From positions 96,001-160,000 of the IMG/VR virus record IMGVR_UViG_3300008116_000011: 64,000 nucleotides of DNA; one strand, 5' to 3'. Positions 1 through 8,013 of the stretch are shown here, one piece after another. Made by a program: the position numbers and the translations under genes. The DNA comes from a virus. Position 1 is the stretch's first letter; each line of letters begins with the position of its first letter. The notes below the pieces were generated by a model. It was given only the letters and a program-made list of their open reading frames with translations, was not told the DNA's origin and ran no database searches.

Positions 1-160
1 GATTCTCATTTACAAGCTTAAAGCCACCTGATTCGTGACCACATTGAGATAAGAAATGAGAAAGGCGAAGTGGAGTGTTAATTTGAAATTTTTCCATTAC
101 TCCAGGAATTTGTCCTATTACTGTGTCAGGGATGTGTCCTTTTAATTTATTTAAGTCCAT
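1..160 (-). CDS. Endolysin, glycoside hydrolase family 19-like (5' part; runs off the window edge; not in ORF track)
   Basis: Manual translation from ATG at 160: MDLNKLKGHIPDTVIGQIPGVMEKFQINTPLRLSHFLSQCGHESGGFKLVNEN. The 'R(L)xHFLxQxxHESGG' motif is typical of GH19 phage lysins. Confidence 0.85.
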   Translation of the reverse strand, partial: MDLNKLKGHIPDTVIGQIPGVMEKFQINTPLRLSHFLSQCGHESGGFKLVNEN

Positions 161-180
161 AGCTTATTTTGTTATAAATA

Positions 181-573
181 TTAATTTCCAGTAGTATCTG
201 TTTTTTCAGTAATTATACTATCGGATTTAATAGTTGTGTTTGTTTTTTCTTTGCCCCAGAAGTTCTTTTTAGTTTCAATATAAACAGTATCTATTTTATA
301 TACAATCTTTTCAGTGGCTATTGTTTGTTTACTTAATACTTCTTTATATTTTTCAACTTCAGTATTCAAATAGCTAATTTCTTTAACTATTTTAACTACT
401 TGTTCTTTAGCAGCTGAATCTGATTGATTGTATACTATAACTGCTGTGTCGAAATGTTTTTGGCTGTTTTCAAGTATATTATCTGCTTCTGTTATTTTTT
501 CATCTACAACTTCATATCCTTCATCTTTGCAACTGAATAGAAACAAAGCAGATAACAATAACAATTTTTTCAT
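181..573 (-). CDS. Lipoprotein, candidate outer-membrane spanin
   Basis: Signal peptide with lipobox MKKLLLLSALFLFS-C; directly upstream of the endolysin. Confidence 0.6.
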   Translation of the reverse strand: MKKLLLLSALFLFSCKDEGYEVVDEKITEADNILENSQKHFDTAVIVYNQSDSAAKEQVVKIVKEISYLNTEVEKYKEVLSKQTIATEKIVYKIDTVYIETKKNFWGKEKTNTTIKSDSIITEKTDTTGN

Positions 574-575
574 AA

Positions 576-842
576 TTATTTAATTTTACCCAGTTCTTGT
601 AATAATGTAATCTTAGAAACAGCAGCAGCTAAAGCACTGTCTGATTTACGAAGTTGATTTGTTAACATATCAACTTTAGTTTCTAATACTACAATTTTAG
701 CATCTTGTTTAGCCACAATAGAGCTATTTGACATTTTAATATCAACATAAAGATATCCAATTGCAACTAATACAATGAATAATAATCCTTTAACTGGGTC
801 TTTGGAAAATTCCTTAAATGTAATAGGGGTTTTTACAGGCAT
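576..842 (-). CDS. Single-TM coiled-coil protein, candidate inner-membrane spanin or holin
   Basis: TM segment GLLFIVLVAIGYLYV followed by a heptad-rich tail; lysis-cassette context. Confidence 0.5.
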   Translation of the reverse strand: MPVKTPITFKEFSKDPVKGLLFIVLVAIGYLYVDIKMSNSSIVAKQDAKIVVLETKVDMLTNQLRKSDSALAAAVSKITLLQELGKIK

Positions 843-862
843 TTTATTTTGGTTTTTATAAG

Positions 863-1132
863 TTAATGAACAGCTATACTATCCACAACCTCAATAGGTA
901 AAGTATCTACAGGAGAAATAATGCTATCTACAGGAACGGATACGCTATCAACAAAAGCATTACTAATATAATCGATTACTACATCTAATTTAACAGCATC
1001 TTCGGCTATATATCCTTTTTGAACAGCAAATACATAAGCAGCAATTGCTACTACTGATAGGATAATTACAATTTTCTTTTTACCTTTTAATTTGTCTACT
1101 AATGGGAATAATTTACTTAATATGTTTTTCAT
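863..1132 (-). CDS. Single-TM membrane protein
   Basis: Basic N-terminus, TM IVIILSVVAIAAYVFAV, and a tail with four D-S/T-hydrophobic triplets. Confidence 0.6.
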   Translation of the reverse strand: MKNILSKLFPLVDKLKGKKKIVIILSVVAIAAYVFAVQKGYIAEDAVKLDVVIDYISNAFVDSVSVPVDSIISPVDTLPIEVVDSIAVH

Positions 1133-1238
1133 TTTCTAATTTTTTGATTACTTTAATATTTTGATCAATTAACTTACGATCTTTAATACCGTTTTTTCTT
1201 GATTTTCTTGGTTTAAAATTATTGTGTGACCTTGCCAT
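1113..1238 (-). CDS. Small basic protein (41 aa, not in ORF track)
   Basis: Manual translation MARSHNNFKPRKSRKNGIKDRKLIDQNIKVIKKLENEKHIK; ATG overlaps the upstream stop (TAATG). Confidence 0.55.
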   Translation of the reverse strand: MARSHNNFKPRKSRKNGIKDRKLIDQNIKVIKKLENEKHIK

Positions 1239-1495
1239 TATAATGTTTCCTCCTCAGATCCTTGATCCTTTTTATTAATATATTTGTCAATAGATGCAAT
1301 ACCAAAGCATCCTAATGTTAACCATAAGAAGGCGTTGAATATAAAATCTTGTACTAGTAGTTCTTTACCCATTGAGCCGGTAATAATATCGGCAATCGCA
1401 AAGCCTACCATCATTAAAAAAGCTAAAAAACCAATGAAAGATTTTTCATTGATGTTGTTGTTATCACTAAATAGTGACTTGAAGAATTTTTTCAT
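1238..1495 (-). CDS. Two-TM membrane protein, candidate holin
   Basis: 85 aa, two hydrophobic helices, charged C-terminus, first gene of the lysis cassette. Confidence 0.55.
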   Translation of the reverse strand: MKKFFKSLFSDNNNINEKSFIGFLAFLMMVGFAIADIITGSMGKELLVQDFIFNAFLWLTLGCFGIASIDKYINKKDQGSEEETL

Positions 1496-1512
1496 ATATA
1501 TATGATAATTAA

Positions 1513-1551
1513 GGGGTTATCGGCGATAAATAGGACACGCGCGATAACCCC
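1513..1551 (-). promoter_or_regulatory. GC-rich hairpin with a late-promoter-like TATTTAT motif in its loop, upstream of the lysis cassette
   Basis: Inverted repeat GGGGTTATCG (1513-1522) / CGATAACCCC (1542-1551); GATAAATA on + at 1525-1532. Confidence 0.55.
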
Positions 1552-1573
1552 CTGCGGTATATATGTAGTAATT

Positions 1574-2593
1574 TTAATCTATAAACGCCTGCTGTATTAA
1601 TTTTTTAGCTGTTTCGTAATCTGTATTATAAATTTTGCGGCGGCGTGTTTCTGCTTTAGTAATTTCTAATTCATCTAATAGATTATAAAAATCTTTTAGT
1701 GATTTTTGTGTTACGTTTAGTTTCTGAGTAGATACTGCTGATTTAAGTTTTGTAGCATTCATTAAAGTATCATTCTTTTTCTTTTTACCCTTAACAAATA
1801 TAATACTGAGTAGTGTTAAGGATTCTTCAAGTTGCTTGTATTTTGGAGTACCAAATAAATCTTTTGTTTCAGTATATGCTCCTAATGTATAATATCCTCT
1901 AAATCCAACGCCTACTAATACTACAATTTCTAGAAAAAATGTTAAAAATACAAGTAACTTATTGTTTTCTTTATTTTTATTAACTTGTGTTTGTACAGTT
2001 AATCCCGTCTTATTTTCAACACTTGCTAGTTTTTGGTCTTTAGTTGTTTGTAGTACAGCTACAATTGAATCTCTATATTTTCTATCTGCTCTAGTACGTG
2101 CAGGTTGGTTACGATAAAAGTCAATTTCCTTATCATAATATTTTGCAATTGAATCAGCCTTAGTAGATACTGTTTGGTCTACTGTGGTAGCAATTTGTGT
2201 ACTTCTATCTATCCAACGATGGGATCCATTTAAAGATAAATAAAATGAACCTACTGTTAGCATAACTACGGCTAAAGCACCACCAATTAATCCAGGTGTT
2301 GCTTTTTTCTGTTTAAATAATCCAGTAATAAACTGTTCAAATGCGAATCGTTTAAATAATTCGTATCCGGTCATGATTAAAACAGCAAATATAAGGAATA
2401 TTGTTGCTTTAATACCAGCTAGATCAGGAATCGAGTTAACTACATCGGCAAAGAAGTAGTATGAAAAATAAATAATCGCTATGTTACCAAGGAATGAAAA
2501 CCAATACAAGGTTTTATCCAAGGTACCGAAATTCAATTCAAAACTGTTTGTTTCTAGCTGCTTTTCGAGTTTTTTATATTTAGAAAAATCCAT
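1574..2593 (-). CDS. Multi-TM membrane protein with periplasmic helical segment
   Basis: About 4 hydrophobic helices. Start moved to MDFSKYKK (2593) because a promoter motif lies at 2604-2611. Confidence 0.65.
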   Translation of the reverse strand: MDFSKYKKLEKQLETNSFELNFGTLDKTLYWFSFLGNIAIIYFSYYFFADVVNSIPDLAGIKATIFLIFAVLIMTGYELFKRFAFEQFITGLFKQKKATPGLIGGALAVVMLTVGSFYLSLNGSHRWIDRSTQIATTVDQTVSTKADSIAKYYDKEIDFYRNQPARTRADRKYRDSIVAVLQTTKDQKLASVENKTGLTVQTQVNKNKENNKLLVFLTFFLEIVVLVGVGFRGYYTLGAYTETKDLFGTPKYKQLEESLTLLSIIFVKGKKKKNDTLMNATKLKSAVSTQKLNVTQKSLKDFYNLLDELEITKAETRRRKIYNTDYETAKKLIQQAFID

Positions 2594-2613
2594 TCGTTTT
2601 ATATATAAATATA

Positions 2614-2904
2614 CTACATTCCTAAGCTTTCCCAATATTTTCGCCTAACCAACTCTCCTAAATCAGCGTCATTAGGAGTATTGAATATTTCTTCATGGGA
2701 TACAGTTATTAATGTTGTTCTGCGTTTCATAATATTAGAAACAGAATATTGATCCTCATATTGATCCTCTATAGTTTCTACCCCTGTATAACATGAATAG
2801 CATAATTGTCCTGCGCCTTCAACATAGCCTATTCTGTAATCAATATGTGTTTCAAAATCATAAGCGGTTTCTTTACCGCACATAATACAAGTGTCTTTTG
2901 CCAT
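2614..2904 (-). CDS. Zinc-ribbon hypothetical protein
   Basis: CIMC...CYSC. Confidence 0.65.
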   Translation of the reverse strand: MAKDTCIMCGKETAYDFETHIDYRIGYVEGAGQLCYSCYTGVETIEDQYEDQYSVSNIMKRRTTLITVSHEEIFNTPNDADLGELVRRKYWESLGM

Positions 2905-2915
2905 AACTTATTTTT

Positions 2916-3257
2916 TTATTTCCAAAATATTTGTACTAAAATTATCAGGGTTCCTAAACCTAAACAAACAAGTGTTTTAAGAGTTATAGGTTCTTTAAAT
3001 AAAAAGTAAGACATTAATGCAAATGTAATTATACCAACAGCAAATCCAATCAATCGACTAGGCCATATTTCACCATTATACGCAATGACAAAATGTTTTA
3101 CAGATGCCATAAATAAAAGTGATATAGGAGCACCTCCAATAACTGCTACTAATATAGGATGGTTTTTTACCCAATCATATTTCATTTGTCCTTGCAATTG
3201 GATAAATGTAATTACTTGAGCTATAAAACCATATATAATTCCTTTAAGTATGTCCAC
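2916..3257 (-). CDS. Small 4-TM membrane protein (DMT/SMR-like size and topology)
   Basis: 113 aa, four hydrophobic segments, C-terminal 'FKEPITLK..GLG' as in DMT proteins. Confidence 0.55.
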   Translation of the reverse strand: MDILKGIIYGFIAQVITFIQLQGQMKYDWVKNHPILVAVIGGAPISLLFMASVKHFVIAYNGEIWPSRLIGFAVGIITFALMSYFLFKEPITLKTLVCLGLGTLIILVQIFWK

Positions 3258-3260
3258 AAC

Positions 3261-3956
3261 TTATTTTTTAATATATGCTGTAGGGCACATATAATTTAGT
3301 GTTTTTATTTCTAGATTTTTTTCTTGAATAAATTTATCTACACCTTTAGATTCACTCCAACTGTGATATCCATACTCATCAAACACTATTATTCCTCCTT
3401 TTGTAACATTATCCCACATATTACTTAAAGCATCATAAGTAGGCTCAGCAATATCTAAATCCATATACAATAGAGATATTTTAAATCCAGGATATTCAGA
3501 TACAAACTTTTTACTTGTAAGTGAAATATCTCCTTCTACTAAAAGAAAATCTGAGGTACTGAATCCATCTTGTAAGAGTTTATTTTGGAATTGTTCTTTA
3601 AAGGATGAATCATGGTTAAAACTTCTTCCTTCAAATAAAGTATTCATTGTTTCTTTATCTGTTGAATTTTGAATAGAAGAAAGTAAACCATCAGTATTAA
3701 AGAAATCAAACCCAATAACTTTTTTAGCTGAATTAGGGTTGTATATATTTTTTAGTTTAAGAAATGTATACATTCCTGTTCCTTTAAATACTCCACACTC
3801 TACTATATCTCCAGGAATATCTTTAACCTCATTATATAGTAATGTTCTAGCAACTAATTTATTAAAAACCCTTCTATCATTACTTAAAATAAAATTATTA
3901 AAGTTATCAAATAGACTTTGAGGATTTTGTGTTAATTCTATCTTATTTAAATCCAT
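3261..3956 (-). CDS. TylF/MycF/NovP-family SAM-dependent O-methyltransferase
   Basis: Motifs PGDIVECGVFKG, GFDFF, LYMDLD, GGIIVFDEY. Confidence 0.85.
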   Translation of the reverse strand: MDLNKIELTQNPQSLFDNFNNFILSNDRRVFNKLVARTLLYNEVKDIPGDIVECGVFKGTGMYTFLKLKNIYNPNSAKKVIGFDFFNTDGLLSSIQNSTDKETMNTLFEGRSFNHDSSFKEQFQNKLLQDGFSTSDFLLVEGDISLTSKKFVSEYPGFKISLLYMDLDIAEPTYDALSNMWDNVTKGGIIVFDEYGYHSWSESKGVDKFIQEKNLEIKTLNYMCPTAYIKK

Positions 3957-5326
3957 TATTTTTTATTTTCAATAAAGTAACGAAGATCTTCTGGGGTTCC
4001 CAAACCCCACATTTTGTCTATATGGAATATTTTTATATGCTTTCCATTAGCTATTGCTTCGTTAAATGTAGGACATATATAAAATTCATTATTTGTCCTA
4101 ATATTTTTAGATATCATCTGTTCAGCAGAATTAACATAATCAGAACCCTTAGCCCAATAATATATACCAACAGTTGCTATATCAGATATAGGATTTTTTT
4201 CTGCTACTTCAATTACATGACCATATTCATCAACCTTAGCAAATGACCATTTAGGGTGTGTAGCGGTAAATGTAAGTATACCTCCATCAGCTCCTGTTTC
4301 TTGCATCTTGTACATAAATTCATTCGAATCCCATTCTACAAATTGATCAGAATTTGCCATTAATAAAGGAGAATCATTGTTGATATATTCTTTAGCTAAC
4401 AATGTAGTAACAGCTGATCCTTCCGTAACACCATTTACTTCTACTATTTTACATCCTGGTGTTATTAGGTTAAGTAATGTATCTAGGTTATATTTTTCGC
4501 GGTGTGATTTTTGTACAAGGTAAATATAATTAGCATCTATATTTAGATTTTCAATTACTACTTGGATCATTGGTTTTCCTTTAACCTCAATAAGTGGTTT
4601 TGGGAATGTGTATCCTGCTTGTTCAAATCTAGAACCAGCACCAGCCATTGGAATTAAAACATTTAATTTTTCATCTTTCCATTTTGGTATTGCCATATCT
4701 TTACCATTTTCTATTTCCATTAATTTTAAAATAATTCTAGTGTAAGTAACATCTTGAGGATTTTTTACTCGCATTACATTAGCACAACTTCTATGTGCTG
4801 CAAGCAAGCCATAAGGGCTATCTTCAATAATTAATGTTTCTTCAGGTAGTACTCCTAAACCACTCATTGCTTTCCAATACATCTCAGGATGTGGTTTACT
4901 ATTTTTTACGTCTTCATTCGATAAAATCAAATCAACAAATTCAGTAAGACCTAGTTTAGATAATACTGTTAATACTGTTTTACGAACACTATTAGAACAT
5001 ACAGCTATTTTATATCCATCTTCAGACAAAGCACTAAATACCGATTGTAATGTTAAATTTGGTTTTAATTGCTTTAAAGCCTCAATAGTTAAATATTGTT
5101 TTTTATGCCAAATATCATCATAAAATTTAGGATGTAATCCTTTATTTTTAGTAAGTAACTCTAACTTTTGAGTTGTTTTTAAACCATCATATATTGAAAG
5201 ATGTTCTGCTTCTGTAATTATATATTGCTCTCCAATTTCTTTAAGAGCTTGATTTAATGTATCAAAGTGTATCTGTTTGGCCTCAACCAAAACACCATCC
5301 ATATCAAATATGATTAATTTTACCAT
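3956..5326 (-). CDS. HAD phosphatase fused to sugar-phosphate nucleotidyltransferase
   Basis: N-terminal FDMDGVL, KPHPE, EDSPYG (HAD). C-terminal IPMAGAGSRF..PKPLI, NSDQ, GLGTPEDL (NTP transferase). Confidence 0.9.
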   Translation of the reverse strand: MVKLIIFDMDGVLVEAKQIHFDTLNQALKEIGEQYIITEAEHLSIYDGLKTTQKLELLTKNKGLHPKFYDDIWHKKQYLTIEALKQLKPNLTLQSVFSALSEDGYKIAVCSNSVRKTVLTVLSKLGLTEFVDLILSNEDVKNSKPHPEMYWKAMSGLGVLPEETLIIEDSPYGLLAAHRSCANVMRVKNPQDVTYTRIILKLMEIENGKDMAIPKWKDEKLNVLIPMAGAGSRFEQAGYTFPKPLIEVKGKPMIQVVIENLNIDANYIYLVQKSHREKYNLDTLLNLITPGCKIVEVNGVTEGSAVTTLLAKEYINNDSPLLMANSDQFVEWDSNEFMYKMQETGADGGILTFTATHPKWSFAKVDEYGHVIEVAEKNPISDIATVGIYYWAKGSDYVNSAEQMISKNIRTNNEFYICPTFNEAIANGKHIKIFHIDKMWGLGTPEDLRYFIENKK

Positions 5327-6147
5327 ATAAAAAGACTTTTATCAAACCCAATATACTTATTATATTCGGGATTATTAAGTAAATTATTTTCTTTAATAAG
5401 TTGTTTTACAAATGTATCCCCATGAGTTCCTGTTAGAGTTTCATGGCCATTCAAATCCATTAAAAATGCACCATGGCGTATTATTTCTTTATACCCTATA
5501 ATAAAATATTCTGCAGGGTATGCTAAATCATAGATATAGTATTTAGTGCATATTATTTTATAGTGATTCTTATTAGCTATTTCTGAGCAATCTAGTTCAT
5601 GAGGATTTATATCAGGGTTGTCTTGTAATAATTGTGTTAGTGATGATTTTTTCCATATACATGGTTGGATACTAAAAGCATGCCTGTAATTAGGATCCAT
5701 GTGGTGGAATATATTATTTTCAAATCCGTATTTGCTATAATCGATATTAAATAAAGGTCTATTATATTGATTAGCGTATGATGAAGCAAATGAGAATAAA
5801 TCTATGTTTTCATCATTCATTAATTTAACAAGATTATTTAGCCCTGTTATATCTATAGGATCTGTTAGAATATAGTCTTCGCAAAAATAGAATATATAAT
5901 CTTCTTTAATTTGAGGAAGTACATTGTTTAATGTTTTTGAGAAATGACCCCCAATAGAATCAAATTCTACATCCCCTGCTAAGTATTTTACTCTATCTAA
6001 ATATGGTAGATCGAATATTGTAAATTTGTTAGCTACAACATATATTGGTAAATTAAAATTTGGATTATGTTTAAAAAAATAATCTAAAAATAATCGTAGT
6101 ATGGGCAAATTAGTTTCATTAGTATAAACTACTATAGCTAAATTCAT
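5320..6147 (-). CDS. Putative GT-A fold glycosyltransferase
   Basis: YIFYFCEDY (DxD-like), QPCIWKKSSL; translationally coupled to sugar-nucleotide genes. Confidence 0.6.
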   Translation of the reverse strand: MNLAIVVYTNETNLPILRLFLDYFFKHNPNFNLPIYVVANKFTIFDLPYLDRVKYLAGDVEFDSIGGHFSKTLNNVLPQIKEDYIFYFCEDYILTDPIDITGLNNLVKLMNDENIDLFSFASSYANQYNRPLFNIDYSKYGFENNIFHHMDPNYRHAFSIQPCIWKKSSLTQLLQDNPDINPHELDCSEIANKNHYKIICTKYYIYDLAYPAEYFIIGYKEIIRHGAFLMDLNGHETLTGTHGDTFVKQLIKENNLLNNPEYNKYIGFDKSLFIW

Positions 6148-6371
6148 AAAACATCTTTATCAAATATAACTATTATTTCTCCTGGGTTATGTGCAGGGAT
6201 ATTATATTCAAAGTTATATTTAGTCAAAACTTCACTTACTATTTTCTTCATAAATTCAGAATATCCAGTAATTATTCTTAAAGGTAGTTGTTTTGAATTA
6301 AGTAATACAAAATTTTCTACCACACCCCATACTTGATGATGATATAAACCATGTAAATCTAATTCTTTCAT
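6144..6371 (-). CDS. Stand-alone Smr domain protein
   Basis: LDLHG, IITG and NPG motifs in 75 aa. Confidence 0.8.
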   Translation of the reverse strand: MKELDLHGLYHHQVWGVVENFVLLNSKQLPLRIITGYSEFMKKIVSEVLTKYNFEYNIPAHNPGEIIVIFDKDVL

Positions 6372-7261
6372 TATACATTTAATGTTTTATTCCAAGCTGC
6401 AATATGCAAACGAGTCAATCCTCTAAATTTATACTTTTTAGCCATTTCAAGAACAAATTGAGTACGCTCTTCAAAATTAGCTACATCATCTAGTCCTGGC
6501 ATACAAACCACGTTGGAAAGAGGTATATTAAGTGGTACGATAAAGTCGCTAAAAATCTCGTGTACATCTTCTTCATTGGATATAACAAATTTAAATTGAT
6601 AGTTTCTATGTTCCATAATACGTTTAAGAGCAGCTTCGTTAAAGCGTTGACTCTTACTCATTCCTGAGTTTGCTAACTTAGGTGAACAGTTGATTTGGTC
6701 TAAATAATCGAATAATAGTTCATCAATTACTACAGTACCATTTGTTTCAATTTCATTAAAAGCTGTTACTTTTCTAACTTTAGATGATTCACCTGTTTCT
6801 AAGTTATATTTTGTAAAAATATTTTTTACGCTAGGATCCTGGTTAATCCAATATTCAAAGAAGTTACAAATTGCTTGTTGGTGTCCTTTAATTGTAGGTT
6901 CACCACCAGTCCAAATAATATGAATAGTACCGTTTTTAATATCATCATAGATACCTTCTTCTTTCCACCTATCAATTAGATATTGGAATTCTTTATCTTC
7001 ACCTCTCCACAACCATTGGCTTGTAGAATCACAAGTCCAAGTTGCTTTACCTTCTTTAACTAAATCACCTTCGAATATTTCTCCGTCCTCTAAATTTTGA
7101 TCTTTCATTAATTGATTTGCAAATTGACGGCTCATACCGCAAGTCAAGTTACAAATACCTAAACGAACAAAGTAAGAGGGCACACCTGAGGAGATACCCT
7201 CGCCTTGGACAGAGTAGAAGTCGGAACTTATTAATAGCTTATTCGGATCAATTTTACTCAT
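6371..7261 (-). CDS. queE: 7-carboxy-7-deazaguanine synthase (radical SAM)
   Basis: FYSVQGEG, RLGICNLTC...CDS, TGGEP, ETNG, CSPK, RLH. Confidence 0.9.
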   Translation of the reverse strand: MSKIDPNKLLISSDFYSVQGEGISSGVPSYFVRLGICNLTCGMSRQFANQLMKDQNLEDGEIFEGDLVKEGKATWTCDSTSQWLWRGEDKEFQYLIDRWKEEGIYDDIKNGTIHIIWTGGEPTIKGHQQAICNFFEYWINQDPSVKNIFTKYNLETGESSKVRKVTAFNEIETNGTVVIDELLFDYLDQINCSPKLANSGMSKSQRFNEAALKRIMEHRNYQFKFVISNEEDVHEIFSDFIVPLNIPLSNVVCMPGLDDVANFEERTQFVLEMAKKYKFRGLTRLHIAAWNKTLNV

Positions 7262-7383
7262 TTAAATAATGTTTTTATATAACTAAATATAGGACTAAAG
7301 TTTTGCCAATCCAAAATTACTGATAGTATGTTGAAATGTTTTTCTCCACATAGTCCTAATATATGTTGTATTTCGTGAATCAT
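7258..7383 (-). CDS. Small hypothetical protein (41 aa, not in ORF track)
   Basis: MIHEIQHILGLCGEKHFNILSVILDWQNFSPIFSYIKTLFK; stop overlaps the queE start (ATGA). Confidence 0.5.
   Translation of the reverse strand: MIHEIQHILGLCGEKHFNILSVILDWQNFSPIFSYIKTLFK
7284..7315 (-). promoter_or_regulatory. Bacteroidota-type promoter TTTGG-N19-TATATTTA (queE)
   Basis: One of 8 exactly spaced copies; resembles the Bacteroidota -33 TTTG / -7 TAnnTTTG consensus. Confidence 0.7.
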
Positions 7384-7399
7384 AATTAATTAATTAAAG

Positions 7400-7427
7400 A
7401 AGGTCCCAACAATTAAGTTGGGACCTT
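7400..7427 (-). terminator. Probable intrinsic terminator
   Basis: AAGGTCCCAAC / GTTGGGACCTT perfect 11-bp stem after the 7435-7647 gene. Confidence 0.65.
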
Positions 7428-7434
7428 AGTTAAA

Positions 7435-7647
7435 TTAGGCAGTTGGCAACTGGCTGTTTTTTACGCGGCGGCGTGAAATAGAATACATTGCATTTGCAAG
7501 TACTTCATTTACTGTTCTTTCTCCTGCTTTAACATAATTGATAAAACGGGTTGTGAAACCAGTAGTTTCAGCAAGGCGAGTAGTGTCACCTTTGCGTTCG
7601 CGAGCCATGTAAAATGCTAATTTCGCTGTGCGATTCAATTTACTCAT
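7435..7647 (-). CDS. Small Cro/HTH-like DNA-binding protein
   Basis: TTRLAETTGFTTRFINYVKAGER fits an HTH pattern; basic; has its own promoter and terminator. Confidence 0.55.
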   Translation of the reverse strand: MSKLNRTAKLAFYMARERKGDTTRLAETTGFTTRFINYVKAGERTVNEVLANAMYSISRRRVKNSQLPTA

Positions 7648-7683
7648 AACAATTTTTGTTTGTTTAACAATTTATTTACAATG

Positions 7684-7715
7684 TAAATATATAGACAGTA
7701 AATTGGGTTTCCAAA
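7684..7715 (-). promoter_or_regulatory. Promoter TTTGG-N19-TATATTTA
   Basis: Exact motif and spacing upstream of the HTH gene. Confidence 0.7.
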
Positions 7716-7719
7716 AGAG

Positions 7720-7791
7720 TTGTTGTACCAAGATTCGAACTTAGTCTTTATGTTCCGGAAACATACGTGCTATCCCTTACACTATACAACA
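7720..7791 (-). tRNA. tRNA-Arg(CCG), no encoded CCA
   Basis: TGTTGTA/TACAACA acceptor; GTGT/GCAC D-stem with GGA (A20); TATGT-TTCCGGA-ACATA anticodon arm; CTAAG-TTCGAAT-CTTGG T arm. Confidence 0.85.
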
Positions 7792-7796
7792 AAGGA

Positions 7797-7830
7797 ATAA
7801 AAAAAGGGACTGATTAGGTCCCTTTTTATT
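7797..7830. terminator. Intrinsic terminator (bidirectional-looking)
   Basis: AAAAAGGGAC / GTCCCTTTTT stem flanked by A and T tracts. Confidence 0.7.
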
Positions 7831-7866
7831 GAGTACACCTTTCGGTGGTTTGAACAACTCGCAAAG

Positions 7867-7914
7867 GGTTCTTTGTATAAGCTCAAACCAGGTTCTTTGT
7901 ATAAGCTCAAACCA
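7867..7914. repeat. Perfect 24-bp tandem duplication
   Basis: GGTTCTTTGTATAAGCTCAAACCA x2. Confidence 0.95.
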
Positions 7915-7938
7915 CGGAGTACTTAAGTTTCCGAAGCT

Positions 7939-8013
7939 TGGAGCCACCAGTCAGGCTTGATCTGACACCTCTCCCGGTCGGAGTGGGAGGCTTCTACATT
8001 GAACTATGGCGGC
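7939..8013 (-). tRNA. Atypical tRNA-like element (CCG anticodon, encoded CCA)
   Basis: GCCGCCA/TGGTGGC-T-CCA acceptor; CTCCC-ACTCCGACC-GGGAG arm; GTCAG-ATCAAGC-CTGAC T arm lacking TTC; D loop lacks GG. Confidence 0.7.

Noticed and set aside
7867-7914. Mini-CRISPR array
   Set aside because: Two directly adjacent 24-bp copies with no spacer and no cas genes.
7720-8013. CGG codon reassignment suggested by two CCG tRNAs with odd identity elements
   Set aside because: In the TP-repeat gene CGG occupies the same TPT-R-T position as AGA/CGT/CGA/AGG (e.g. ~34925), consistent with CGG = Arg; the 7720-7791 tRNA also has A20.
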